Source of the DNA: Alteromonas sp.
GTDB taxonomy: Bacteria > Margulisbacteria > Marinamargulisbacteria > UBA6595
DNA length: 37,388 nt
Reading direction: 5' to 3'
NCBI GenBank assembly: GCA_964220215.1
Contig: CAXPTH010000027.1
Coordinates: forward strand, 1-37,388
Shown here: in pieces, positions 9,434 to 19,580 of the stretch
How the letters are laid out: each line of letters begins with the position of its first letter
Position numbering within the stretch: position 1 is the first letter of the stretch
Translations under genes and position numbers: made by a program
Notes under the pieces: model-generated
What the model was told of the DNA's origin: nothing
The model's input: the letters and a program-made list of their open reading frames with translations, nothing else
The model's database searches: none

Positions 9434-10659
9434 TACAACTGTCCTTTAATTTTTTCACCCAAAGTTGGCTGAATGCTCACCGTAATGTCTGAATGCGTCT
9501 CCCGCGTGACATCGGCAATCACCCGCCCATGCTTATACAACAAATTCCGAATATCCGCTCGCGTATGCGGTACAGGAATCACCAGTGTGTGTTCAAACTG
9601 GGTAATAAACGTCGCCAGCGCCGCCTTAAGCTGGTCAATATCCGCTGGATTATGGGCCGACATCACACACTTTGGGCTATACGGTAGTGCCAGCGCATCA
9701 AGATCTAAATCAGCATCCACTTGGTCTGATTTATTAAATACATAGAACACCGGGTGGTCATTGGCCTGAACCACCGACTGCGTTGTTTCAATATGAACCA
9801 GCCAATGCGGCGACGAGACATCCACAACATGAATAAAAAAGTCGGCTTCATAGACCGACTCTAATGTTGCATAAAATGCATCGATGAGCATCGTCGGTAG
9901 CTTTTGAATAAACCCCACCGTATCCGTCACCAAAACGGGCGGGGCATCGGGCAACTGCAACCGCCGTGTGGTTGGATCCAGGGTGGCAAATAAGGCATCT
10001 TGCTGCACCACATCACTGTTTGTAATTTTATTAAACAATGTGGATTTCCCAGCATTGGTATATCCCACAATAGCGCCCACACTGTGGGGGCGTTGCCCCC
10101 GAGCTTTGCGGTGGGTGTCTCGGTTTTTTCGCACCCGAGCCAATTGCACCTTTAAGGTTTTAATTCGAGCCCGAATTAACCGTTTGTCCACTTCCAACTG
10201 AGTTTCCCCAGGCCCCCGTGTACCAACCCCACCCCCCAACCGAGACAAGTGCGTCCACAGCCGTGTTAATCGCGTTGATAAATACGTCAGCTGAGCCAGC
10301 TCCACCTGAATTTTAGCTTCATGCGTCTGGGCCCGTTGCGCAAAAATATCTAAAATCAAACTGGTTCGATCCAAAATTTTGCATTTAAACCGTTCTTGCA
10401 AGGCCTTTTGCTGGCGGGGCTTCAGTTCATCATCCGCAATCACAATATCAACCCCCGCCAACTGCTCAGCAACTTCGTCTAACTTACCCGCACCCAAATA
10501 TAAACTCGGATGTGGGGTATCTCGCTGCTGACTGATGCAGGCTTTGACCGCAATCCCCGCCGTTTTGGCCAAATCAGCCAGCTCCACCAACGACTCCCGG
10601 CAGGACAATGCCCCCTGACCGGTATCCACTGCAATTAAAATAGCGACTGGCTGCCCCAT
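9433..10659 (-). CDS. hflX: Ribosome-splitting GTPase HflX
   Basis: DRTSLILDIFAQRA, EAKIQVELAQL, RGPGETQLEVDKR, GYTNAGKST, LFATLDPT, DTVGF, NKSD. Confidence 0.97.
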   Translation of the reverse strand: MGQPVAILIAVDTGQGALSCRESLVELADLAKTAGIAVKACISQQRDTPHPSLYLGAGKLDEVAEQLAGVDIVIADDELKPRQQKALQERFKCKILDRTSLILDIFAQRAQTHEAKIQVELAQLTYLSTRLTRLWTHLSRLGGGVGTRGPGETQLEVDKRLIRARIKTLKVQLARVRKNRDTHRKARGQRPHSVGAIVGYTNAGKSTLFNKITNSDVVQQDALFATLDPTTRRLQLPDAPPVLVTDTVGFIQKLPTMLIDAFYATLESVYEADFFIHVVDVSSPHWLVHIETTQSVVQANDHPVFYVFNKSDQVDADLDLDALALPYSPKCVMSAHNPADIDQLKAALATFITQFEHTLVIPVPHTRADIRNLLYKHGRVIADVTRETHSDITVSIQPTLGEKIKGQL

Positions 10660-11594
10660 TATTTAACCGACTGTTTGGCCAATCGTTCAGCGTAGGCATG
10701 CCGTTGTTGATAGATGGCTTCAGACGGCTTGAGATTCATGAGTTTTTGATAATACACAGCAGCGTTCGCATAGTCTTTTTGATTTAAGTAAAAATTAGCC
10801 AACCGCTCAATGGCCACCAAACTGTAGGGGCTTGCCGTATAGGCTTTCTCCAAATGTTCCTGCACTTTGGGGTAATTTTTATCTTCATAGTACAGCTTGG
10901 CCAAAATATCGCTGACCGATTGATACATGGGGTCTGCCGCCGCAATTGACTCAAAATAGGTATACGCTAAATCCCGCTTTCCGCGATTTAAATACAACGC
11001 GCCGACGTTGTACCGAACATCCAAAAACTGACCCGGTCGCGCATCCAAATCCAACGTGTACCGATAATAGTGTTCCGCCTGATCCAATTGATTATTCATA
11101 TGATAAAACTGAGCCAATGACCGGGAAAACAATGGGTTTTGATGGTCAATCGCCTGAGCCAACTCAAAGTGCGCTTGGGCCTGCTTAAGCATTGCTGTTT
11201 TATCGGCGTTTGGCTCTTTTGATTTTGTGATGTAAATCTGACCCAATTGGGTGTAATTCCACGGGGATAAGTCATCCAATTTAATAGCTTCACGAACCGT
11301 GGCTTCCATCTGATCCCGCAGCCGATCCCGTGTTGTTTGGGGAGACGGATTGGTCGCCAACCACGCTGTATACGTAATCACCGCCTGCGATCGATAATAC
11401 GCCTCCAAGGGCGCATACTGCATCGCCTTTTGATAGTATGCAATGGATTCCGGGTATTTTTTCCAAACGTGATGATAATACGCATTGCGATACGCACGCT
11501 CGGCTTTGTACGCATTCACGGTATGCCAACAAAATACCCCCAAAACACCAAATCCCAATAACAAAACACTCAGTTTTAGGGTATGCTTAATCAT
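10659..11594 (-). CDS. Membrane-anchored TPR-repeat protein
   Basis: N-terminal hydrophobic helix then several TPR units (YYQKAMQYAP, YNVGALYL, HLEKAYTASP); ATGA overlap with the upstream gene. Confidence 0.88.
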   Translation of the reverse strand: MIKHTLKLSVLLLGFGVLGVFCWHTVNAYKAERAYRNAYYHHVWKKYPESIAYYQKAMQYAPLEAYYRSQAVITYTAWLATNPSPQTTRDRLRDQMEATVREAIKLDDLSPWNYTQLGQIYITKSKEPNADKTAMLKQAQAHFELAQAIDHQNPLFSRSLAQFYHMNNQLDQAEHYYRYTLDLDARPGQFLDVRYNVGALYLNRGKRDLAYTYFESIAAADPMYQSVSDILAKLYYEDKNYPKVQEHLEKAYTASPYSLVAIERLANFYLNQKDYANAAVYYQKLMNLKPSEAIYQQRHAYAERLAKQSVK

Positions 11595-13435
11595 TCCATT
11601 TGATCCGTCATTGGCTGATTGACCACAAACGCAACACTAAGCAATACATAAAACAGAAACAGCGTGGCGACAACCCCAAAATTAAACAACACCTGCCCCA
11701 AATAAATTAAGGCTCCAGCCAAACACCCCAGCGCCACATAACCCTTGGGGTGCTTATTTAAATCGCCAACACCCATTAAAACACCCAAAACCAAACCGCC
11801 AATAACCAGCCCATAGTAAACAAAAAAACCAAGGGCCCCTTTGCTCGCCAAGGTATTCAAATACTCATTGTGCAAGCGGTCTGGTGTAAAATGATGCCCC
11901 CCCTCCAAGGGCCCATAATCTGAGCGACGGTATTTGGGGTATGCATATTTAATGGTATCCAGACCGGTGCCCACCACCCAGTTGTCACAAAACCACGGCC
12001 AACTGCTTTTCCACATTGAGGTCCGAGCCGTTCCTTTGATGGCATCGTTTTTGTAACTGTTAATCTTGCTGGTAATTGTCTTTTGTGTACCAGCATTACC
12101 AATAAAATCAACCACGCTTGAAAACGATAACGTAGCCGCAAACAGAATTAAGCTGCCACTGGCGACCCAACGACTCAACCGTGTTAAATGGGCATGGGGA
12201 ATCATCCAGTAACCATATACAAGCCATAAACACAGAAACACACCCGCTTCAATCCAGGAAATGCCCACAAATTGCAACCGGATAAAGGCCCCAATAATGA
12301 CATATCGCAGTAAAAAATCTCGGGAAGCGGTCTCTGAAATCGGCAGGGTCACCACCCCGATCACCAACGCGATTGCCACAAGAATCGCGAGCCAAAGATG
12401 CACCCCCACAACAAAAATACCCGTTGTTGCCGCAATGCAGCCAAACAAACCCAGCACACGCCAATCCAAGCGTCGATGATGCAACCAGTAGTCAACCCCA
12501 ACCATCACCAACACAAGACTGTAAATGATCACCGCCAAGGTTTCGGATTTGTTGTGCAAGAAAAATACAGCAGACAAATACAAAACACCCATAAACAGCA
12601 ACAACGCCCCGTCGTAGACCACTTGGCGCCAGCGTTGGGCTAGTGGTGTGGTTGTGCTGATTTTAATATAAAAAAAAGACAGTGCCGCAATAAATGCCGT
12701 CCAGGTTGCCCGTGAGTAGGATAAATATTGGGCATAATACAACAAAGCCGTACAGACTGCTAGTCCCACAAAAAGGGCTCGAAACACCCATGGCCGCACC
12801 GCCGCATTGCGCTGGCAGAACCAAATAATCACACCCAAGCCAACCGGGACCAGCATGCTCACATAGGGGCAATAGTGCACCGGATTGTTAATGCATCCAA
12901 ACACCCGTAAGGTGGCATCAGCACTCCAGCTCATTGTATCCAAACCCAGGCTTTGAATAACCCCATACACCGCCGACCCCGCACCGCCCACTAAAAGCGT
13001 ACCCAAGACCCAAGCCACCATGGCTTTGGTTCGCAACAGTGTCACACTGGCAAACACCAAAAAACAGTAGTTAAGCGTGGTGATCAGGCCTTCCCATCGA
13101 TCATACGACCCAATCAGACTGAGGCGTGGATTGAGCGAAAACACTGTGCTGGCAATACTGGATAAAACCCACAAGGCAATGGGTATCTCAAGCCCTGTTT
13201 TTCTATACGACCGGGTAAAAAATAGGGATTCAATGAGCCACGTTGCAGCCATTGCCGCTGAGCCAAAGCGCAATACCAAGAGTTTATTGATTTCAAATAC
13301 CGACCGCGTTTCATCTGAAAATGCCCAGGGAATCCCCATCGCCATGGCAACAAAAAAAAGTGTGTAAAGCCCATTAAACAACCCCCAATACCGATTGGCT
13401 TTCAGTTTTAGAATGATTGAGTGGATACTGTGCAT
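11591..13435 (-). CDS. O-antigen ligase/Wzy_C-family polytopic membrane protein
   Basis: GSYDRWEG, GCINNP, SYSRATW, RTSMW, GTGLDT, DRLHNEYL (ligase-type His); many TMs. Confidence 0.88.
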   Translation of the reverse strand: MHSIHSIILKLKANRYWGLFNGLYTLFFVAMAMGIPWAFSDETRSVFEINKLLVLRFGSAAMAATWLIESLFFTRSYRKTGLEIPIALWVLSSIASTVFSLNPRLSLIGSYDRWEGLITTLNYCFLVFASVTLLRTKAMVAWVLGTLLVGGAGSAVYGVIQSLGLDTMSWSADATLRVFGCINNPVHYCPYVSMLVPVGLGVIIWFCQRNAAVRPWVFRALFVGLAVCTALLYYAQYLSYSRATWTAFIAALSFFYIKISTTTPLAQRWRQVVYDGALLLFMGVLYLSAVFFLHNKSETLAVIIYSLVLVMVGVDYWLHHRRLDWRVLGLFGCIAATTGIFVVGVHLWLAILVAIALVIGVVTLPISETASRDFLLRYVIIGAFIRLQFVGISWIEAGVFLCLWLVYGYWMIPHAHLTRLSRWVASGSLILFAATLSFSSVVDFIGNAGTQKTITSKINSYKNDAIKGTARTSMWKSSWPWFCDNWVVGTGLDTIKYAYPKYRRSDYGPLEGGHHFTPDRLHNEYLNTLASKGALGFFVYYGLVIGGLVLGVLMGVGDLNKHPKGYVALGCLAGALIYLGQVLFNFGVVATLFLFYVLLSVAFVVNQPMTDQME

Positions 13436-13469
13436 ATCTTTAATTATCTTACCATTAATACGATCGCTT

Positions 13470-14405
13470 TCAATATAGTTGTACGCATTGCGTAGATGGA
13501 TGATTGGCTATACTAACAAATGGAACAAAGCGTTGGCTAACCAACTGTTTATTGCTTTTACAAACGACATGCACTGCCGAAACCCCACAAAGCACCCCCA
13601 TATGGGCGATCACTGTATCAAATGTTACAAGCGTAGTTTCTGACGCATGCGTGTGACACAACCGAAACAATTCAGAAAATGACAATTTCCCACGATAGTC
13701 CTGGTCAACCCAAGCGGGCAACGGCGTATTGCTACGCTCTCCGATAAACAGAACGGTCGCATTGTGTTTTAGTTGGCACACACGCGTCCAAAAACTGCGT
13801 TGCTTCAACCGGGCATTGACCCGATTGGAATTAACACAATTATTAACCACCACAATTGGGCCGGGTGGCCATGAACGCGCCGGCATTTCTGTCATGCCCA
13901 GATACGAATCAATACCTGGGAACTCCATTTTTTTCACAGCAACCCACGGAGACAAGACCGACTGAACCGCATTGGAAATTAAATCGCCGATACGCCCCGG
14001 CCCCGGCATTCGCCGGTAATTTAAGCCCAAAAAATACCCCCCCGGCTCGTGAATAACTTCAGACAAGCAGTCCCGCTTCGTCACAATAACTGAACCTGGG
14101 CTGGATTGGCCGTTGGATCGAATCTGGCAGCCCATAGCTTCAAACAAAAACGCCAATGGCGTTGGCCCCAAAATATGCACGGAAATACCCTGCGAAATCA
14201 ACATATGCACCATGGGCAAATGAAATAGCTGATCACCCAAATGAACATGAGACGGATAAAATGCCAAACATACCGTGTGTTTAAACGTAAACAACGGGTC
14301 TATCGGTCCATGGCAAATGCCAGCGACCGCATTCAAAGAAAATTTATACCGATAATATCTGGAAATTATGCTTAATTTAATTTTTTTAATGTAGTACAAA
14401 ACCAC
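13470..14405 (-). CDS. Putative GT9 (heptosyltransferase-like) glycosyltransferase
   Basis: HLGDQLFHLP resembles the GT9 N-terminal GD..P motif; VTFDTVIAHMG resembles DSGxxHLA. Divergent sequence. Confidence 0.6.
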   Translation of the reverse strand: MVLYYIKKIKLSIISRYYRYKFSLNAVAGICHGPIDPLFTFKHTVCLAFYPSHVHLGDQLFHLPMVHMLISQGISVHILGPTPLAFLFEAMGCQIRSNGQSSPGSVIVTKRDCLSEVIHEPGGYFLGLNYRRMPGPGRIGDLISNAVQSVLSPWVAVKKMEFPGIDSYLGMTEMPARSWPPGPIVVVNNCVNSNRVNARLKQRSFWTRVCQLKHNATVLFIGERSNTPLPAWVDQDYRGKLSFSELFRLCHTHASETTLVTFDTVIAHMGVLCGVSAVHVVCKSNKQLVSQRFVPFVSIANHPSTQCVQLY

Positions 14406-14429
14406 CGCTTTAGTATAAACTAATATAGG

Positions 14430-15092
14430 ATGCCATTGCTACACAAAGTCATTATTAATCGATTAAAGAAACATGCACACGTTGTGGATGGGGTGATGTT
14501 CATGTCGGATGATGGACACAGCATCTTGGAGCGCTTCATTGGCAAGCACCCCTTGCTGAAGCCAGAAATGATTGTGATTAATGACCAGCCCTATGGATTC
14601 AAGCGCCTGCGAAAAGAATTGGAACGGCTGGAAAATTACCCAATCTATTGCGAGTTGGAATACACAACCGCCACATTGCCCCCAGATGCGATGCCCGATG
14701 ACGACGAAGACTTAGTCCTTGGCACCGTTTTATATTTTGATTTATATACCGAAATCCCACTCCAACGCCCGTTTAACACGCTGCCGAATTGGATGACTGA
14801 TTTTTTACCCTTTGTTAGCATTGAGCATATTCAAAATTTGGCCAATCCAGACAACGCCTCACTGATTGTATGCTCTAAATTTTCAGATAACCTGGACGAT
14901 GATTTTATGGAATTGCCGTTTACCTTGGACCTATCCGATGACGATGACAGCGAGGCATTTGAAGCCGCTTTGGAAGCCGCTTTGAGCGAATACACCCAAA
15001 AACCAGTTGCGCATTGGCATCATTTGCTGGATAATTACCTTAAGAATTTTTTGGACATTATTAAGCAGATTGACGAACGCTTAATGAACTAA
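14430..15092 (+). CDS. Hypothetical acidic 220-aa protein, first gene of the run leading into leuCD
   Basis: Clean ORF with Asp/Glu-rich patches; ends 12 bp before leuC. Confidence 0.78.
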   Translation: MPLLHKVIINRLKKHAHVVDGVMFMSDDGHSILERFIGKHPLLKPEMIVINDQPYGFKRLRKELERLENYPIYCELEYTTATLPPDAMPDDDEDLVLGTVLYFDLYTEIPLQRPFNTLPNWMTDFLPFVSIEHIQNLANPDNASLIVCSKFSDNLDDDFMELPFTLDLSDDDDSEAFEAALEAALSEYTQKPVAHWHHLLDNYLKNFLDIIKQIDERLMN

Positions 15093-15104
15093 CCGACGAC
15101 ACTT

Positions 15105-16487
15105 ATGGCAAAACGAACATTATACAATCATGTCTGGGATCGGCACACTGTCGAAACCCTACCAAACGGAGACACCCAATTGTTTATTGGCCTTCACATG
15201 GTGCATGAGGTTACGAGTCCACAGGCGTTTTCCCAGTTAAGTGAACACGGTGAAACGGTCGCCTATCCCGATCGAACAGTGGCAACGGTGGATCATATTG
15301 TGCCGACTGATTCCATTCAACGCCCGTTTCAAGACCCCCAAGCCGAAGCCATGTTGTCTGCCTTACAACACAATACAAACGCTTTTGGGGTTCAATTCTT
15401 TGGGCTAGATTCCGGACAATATGGCATTGTCCACATTGTTGGGCCTGAATTGGGATTCACACAGCCGGGAATGACCATTGTGTGTGGGGATAGCCACACC
15501 AGTACGCACGGGGCGTTTGGCTCTTTAGCCTTTGGCATTGGCACCACCCAAATTGAACATGTCTTGGCCACCCAAACGTTGGCCTTACCCTCATTGAAAG
15601 TTCGCCAAATTCAAGTCACCGGCACATTGGCGCCTGGTGTATCTGCCAAAGACGTAATCTTAAAGATTATTCAGACCCTCGGGGTTCATGGCGGCATCGG
15701 GTATGCCTACGAGTATGCTGGATCCGTGATTGAATCCATGGACATGGAGGGCCGCATGACTATCTGCAACATGAGCATTGAAGGCGGCGCCCGTGTGGGG
15801 TATGTGAACCCGGATGAAACAACGTTTGCGTATATGAAAGGCCGCCCCTATGCACCCAACGATGCTCAATGGGCAGCCGCGCTTGACTATTGGACAGCCA
15901 TTCGCACCCAACCCGAAGCCGAATTTGATGACCAAGTCTTTATTGATGGGAACCAACTGGAACCCATGGTAACTTGGGGCATTCACCCAGGGCAATCCGT
16001 TGGGATTTCGGAGCGGTTACCAATGCCCAACGGCGATGCCGATATGCTGCGGGCCTACGATCATATGGGGCTAACCCCCGGCGATCCGATTGCGGGGACC
16101 CCCATCGACGTTGCGTTTATTGGATCGTGCACCAATGCCCGATTGCCTGATTTGCGGGAAGCCGCTGCCGTATTGACCAATCAGCGGGTCCATGACTCGG
16201 TCCGGTGTTTGGTTGTTCCAGGTTCTTCCGCCATTAAACAACAGGCCGAAGCCGAAGGCTTAGATAAAATTTTCAAAGCGGCGGGTGCCGATTGGCGATC
16301 CCCGGGATGTTCCATGTGTCTAGCGATGAACCCCGATCAATTGGTCGGCAATGAGCGATGCGCCTCATCCTCCAACCGCAACTTTATTGGCCGCCAAGGC
16401 AGCGCCACCGGTCGAACCTTTTTAATGAGTCCCGCGATGGTGGCTACGGCTGCCATTCATGGCTGTATTACGGATTGTCGCGCATGA
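15105..16487 (+). CDS. leuC: 3-isopropylmalate dehydratase large subunit
   Basis: [44 protein letters not shown]. Confidence 0.97.
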   Translation: MAKRTLYNHVWDRHTVETLPNGDTQLFIGLHMVHEVTSPQAFSQLSEHGETVAYPDRTVATVDHIVPTDSIQRPFQDPQAEAMLSALQHNTNAFGVQFFGLDSGQYGIVHIVGPELGFTQPGMTIVCGDSHTSTHGAFGSLAFGIGTTQIEHVLATQTLALPSLKVRQIQVTGTLAPGVSAKDVILKIIQTLGVHGGIGYAYEYAGSVIESMDMEGRMTICNMSIEGGARVGYVNPDETTFAYMKGRPYAPNDAQWAAALDYWTAIRTQPEAEFDDQVFIDGNQLEPMVTWGIHPGQSVGISERLPMPNGDADMLRAYDHMGLTPGDPIAGTPIDVAFIGSCTNARLPDLREAAAVLTNQRVHDSVRCLVVPGSSAIKQQAEAEGLDKIFKAAGADWRSPGCSMCLAMNPDQLVGNERCASSSNRNFIGRQGSATGRTFLMSPAMVATAAIHGCITDCRA

Positions 16488-17083
16488 AAATAATCACGGT
16501 TACCGGACAAGCTGTTGTTATCCCAGGCGATGATATTGATACGGATCGGATTGTTCCGGCCCGATTTTTAAAAGAAATTACCTTTGAAAAAATGGGAAAT
16601 TATTTGTTTTATGATGAACGATTCCACGCAGACGGATCCCCCAAAGACTTTCCACTCAATGCTGTCGACCGTTTGGGCGCAACCGTTTTAGTTGTTGGAG
16701 CCAATTTTGGCTGTGGGTCATCCCGAGAGCATGCCCCGCAAGCCATTATGCGCTACGGCTTTAAGGCCATTGTGGGGGTATCGTTTTCAGATATTTTTTC
16801 TGGCAATTGCCAAGCCATTGGCGTTCCCTGTATCCCCGTATTGCAATCCGATATTGATGCCATCATGAACGCCGTCGCCGATGCCAGCTCCACCCTAACC
16901 CTTGACTTGGGAAACCAACAGATTCAAGCGGGAGATCAAACCTGGTCCAGCCAGCTATCGCCCGCTCGCCAGCAGGCCTTTGTCACCGGCGAATGGAACA
17001 TTAAAGGAATTTTAAAAACCAATGCGGATAAAACGCGAGCCGTGGCCGATGCCTTACCGTATATCCGAAAATTTCACACGTAA
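16484..17083 (+). CDS. leuD: 3-isopropylmalate dehydratase small subunit
   Basis: [21 protein letters not shown]. Start reassigned to ATG 16484 (ATGA overlap with leuC). Confidence 0.96.
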   Translation: MKIITVTGQAVVIPGDDIDTDRIVPARFLKEITFEKMGNYLFYDERFHADGSPKDFPLNAVDRLGATVLVVGANFGCGSSREHAPQAIMRYGFKAIVGVSFSDIFSGNCQAIGVPCIPVLQSDIDAIMNAVADASSTLTLDLGNQQIQAGDQTWSSQLSPARQQAFVTGEWNIKGILKTNADKTRAVADALPYIRKFHT

Positions 17084-17092
17084 CCCCCTCTA

Positions 17093-17141
17093 TTTGTAAA
17101 CAAATTATGTAGACAAAACCAGCCATAATTTTGTATACTTA
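17093..17141 (+). promoter_or_regulatory. gap promoter (TAGACA-18-TATACT) overlapped by three TGT-AN-AC palindromic sites
   Basis: -35 at 17110-17115, -10 at 17134-17139; sites TTTGTAAACAAA, TATGTAGACAAA, TTTGTATACTTA. Confidence 0.5.
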
Positions 17142-17149
17142 AGTGTATT

Positions 17150-18163
17150 ATGGGAACACAAATAAAACTCGCAATTAATGGCTTCGGTCGTATTGGCCGA
17201 AATGTATGTAAAGTAGCCTTGGCTACGCCTGGAGTCTCCGTTGTCGCCATCAACGATCTAACCGACCCCAAAACATTGGCGCATCTCTTCAAATATGACA
17301 GCGTCCATGGTCGCTTTCAGGGAACCGTTTCGCACACAGACACGGCCATCGTGATTGATGGCGTTTCGATCCCCGTCTATGCCGAGCGCAACCCAGCCAA
17401 CTTGCCGTGGAGCAACCACGATGTGGATGTTGCGATTGAATCAACCGGTATATTTACACAAGGCACGAGTGACCGCGGTGGGTATTTGGATCACATTCAA
17501 GCCGGTGCTAAAAAAGTGATTTTAACGGTTCCAGCGAAAGATAGCATTCAAACCATTGTCTTGGGTGTTAATGATGCCGAAATTAAGTCCGACATCGTTG
17601 CCTATTCCAATGCCAGCTGCACCACGAACTGTTTGGCACCATTAGCGAAAGTAATTCACCATGCATTTGGTATTGAAAAAGGTTTCATGAACACCGTTCA
17701 TGCGTATACGAATGATCAAAAGATTTTAGACTTGCCCCACAGCGACTTGCGTCGGGCACGCGCCGCCTCGGAATCCATTATTCCCACAACCACTGGAGCC
17801 GCCAAGGCTGTTGGGTTGGTTATCCCTGATTTGGCTGGAAAGCTCGATGGTGGGGCCATGCGGGTACCGGTTAAAGATGGGTCCGTCATTGACTTGACCT
17901 TGGTGCTGAACCAAGCGCCCTCGCGTGAAACCATTATGAGCACGTTGGAAGCCGCTGCTGCTGGAGATTTAGCCGGCATTATGGAGTACACGGAAGAGCC
18001 AATTGTATCATGCGATGTTATTGGCAATCCGCATTCCAGCATTATTGACGGTCTATCCACAATGGTCATGGGCAATTTGGTTAAACTCGTTGCCTGGTAC
18101 GACAACGAATGGGGCTACTCTAACCGTGTTGTTGATCTAGCCAAATCCATTACTGGCGCATGA
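17150..18163 (+). CDS. gap: Type I glyceraldehyde-3-phosphate dehydrogenase
   Basis: INGFGRIGR, SNASCTTNCLAP, WYDNEWGYS. Confidence 0.98.
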   Translation: MGTQIKLAINGFGRIGRNVCKVALATPGVSVVAINDLTDPKTLAHLFKYDSVHGRFQGTVSHTDTAIVIDGVSIPVYAERNPANLPWSNHDVDVAIESTGIFTQGTSDRGGYLDHIQAGAKKVILTVPAKDSIQTIVLGVNDAEIKSDIVAYSNASCTTNCLAPLAKVIHHAFGIEKGFMNTVHAYTNDQKILDLPHSDLRRARAASESIIPTTTGAAKAVGLVIPDLAGKLDGGAMRVPVKDGSVIDLTLVLNQAPSRETIMSTLEAAAAGDLAGIMEYTEEPIVSCDVIGNPHSSIIDGLSTMVMGNLVKLVAWYDNEWGYSNRVVDLAKSITGA

Positions 18164-19380
18164 GCGCCGTTGTTTTGACACAAACGACCCCCCTGCTCTC
18201 CAATTGGACCGGTACATTAAAGGGCCAACGCGTGTTGGTTCGTGTGGATTTCAATGTTCCCTTGCGATCCAATGGTACCATTGCGGATCAGGCCCGTATT
18301 ATTGAGGCCCTCCCCACGTTAACGTTTTTAATCCAAGAAGGCGCTCGCATTATTTTAATGTCTCATCTTGGCCGACCCAAAGGTGTATCCAAACGGTATC
18401 GATTGTTGCCGGTTGCAGAAGCCCTAGCCACGCAGTTGGGGCAGGCGGTTCAGTATTGCCCATCCCCCATCGATAGTGCCGAAACAGTGGCGATGGTGAA
18501 TGCCATGACCGATGGACAGGTATTGCTTTTAGAAAACATTCGATTTGATGCACGAGAAGCCGCCAACGACCCTGAATTTGCCCGCATATTGGCCAATTTG
18601 GGGGATCGGTTTGTATTTGATGCCTTTGGTGTGGCGCACCGGGCCCATGCATCAACTGCCGGCATTACCCAGCATTTACCCAGCTGCATTGGGTTTTTAG
18701 TCGAAACTGAGCTCAATTACCTCAATGCAACCCTGAGTCAACCCGATGCCCCTAAATTAGCCATTATTGGGGGTGCTAAAATTTCCACAAAATTAGGTGT
18801 GCTTCAAAACTTATTGGGGCGTGTGGATCAATTGGTTGTTGGGGGTGCGATGATGTTTACCTTGCTAAAAGCCCAAGGGTTTGCTATTGGTGACTCGTTG
18901 TATGAACCCGATTTGTTGGAAACAGCCACGGCCTTTTTAGCCGCAGCTGCTGATAGCCCCACGGAGCTCTATATTGCCCAAGATGTGGTGTGCGCGACTG
19001 GATTTAAAGCCAAAACAGCCGAGGTCTACCCCACAACAGCGTTGCCCGATGGCCACATGGGCTTGGATATTGGCCCCACCAGTGTTGCCTTTATTGACCA
19101 GTGGGTGCAAAACGCCAAAATTATTATTTGGAACGGTCCATTGGGGGCCTTTGAAACTCCGTTGTTTTCATCCGGCACGCGCGCCATCGCTGAGGCCGTT
19201 GCCCGCAATACGGGTACCAGTGTGGTTGGCGGCGGAGACTCCGTTCAAGCGATTCATGATTTTGACATCGACACCACTGCCATCAGCCACATTTCAACCG
19301 GTGGCGGGGCCTGCTTAGCCGTTCTTGAGGGACACCCATTACCCAGCATTTCGGCCATCCAATCATGTCCAAAAACTTAG
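18160..19380 (+). CDS. pgk: Phosphoglycerate kinase
   Basis: VRVDFNVP, SHLGRP, LLENIRF, DAFGVAHRAHAS, GGGDS, HISTGGGA. Confidence 0.97.
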   Translation: MSAVVLTQTTPLLSNWTGTLKGQRVLVRVDFNVPLRSNGTIADQARIIEALPTLTFLIQEGARIILMSHLGRPKGVSKRYRLLPVAEALATQLGQAVQYCPSPIDSAETVAMVNAMTDGQVLLLENIRFDAREAANDPEFARILANLGDRFVFDAFGVAHRAHASTAGITQHLPSCIGFLVETELNYLNATLSQPDAPKLAIIGGAKISTKLGVLQNLLGRVDQLVVGGAMMFTLLKAQGFAIGDSLYEPDLLETATAFLAAAADSPTELYIAQDVVCATGFKAKTAEVYPTTALPDGHMGLDIGPTSVAFIDQWVQNAKIIIWNGPLGAFETPLFSSGTRAIAEAVARNTGTSVVGGGDSVQAIHDFDIDTTAISHISTGGGACLAVLEGHPLPSISAIQSCPKT

Positions 19381-19580
19381 CGCATACGATTGAGACTCTG
19401 CATACAACCAAACGGCATTTAATCACCCCTGTTGCCCGTCAGGCCCAAACCCCATCCCCCAGTACCGTACTGCCCATTGTCTATCGCCTGTGTTTGGGGC
19501 TGGTTCAGGGCATTGGCATTGGGGTTGGCTGGCTATTTATTCAGACGCTCCAATCGTGGGCCCAGTTGTGGCTGCTCTAA
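19365..19580 (+). CDS. Small membrane protein (71 aa, one Gly-rich TM helix)
   Basis: Bridges pgk and lspA, overlapping both; LGLVQGIGIGVGW TM segment. Confidence 0.5.
   Translation: MSKNLAHTIETLHTTKRHLITPVARQAQTPSPSTVLPIVYRLCLGLVQGIGIGVGWLFIQTLQSWAQLWLL

Noticed and set aside
16358..16483. N-terminal extension of LeuD
   Set aside because: It lies inside leuC; ATG 16484 with ATGA coupling gives a normal LeuD.
19490..19555. N-terminal extension of LspA
   Set aside because: It overlaps the small membrane ORF and lacks LspA-like sequence; a downstream GTG gives a typical length.
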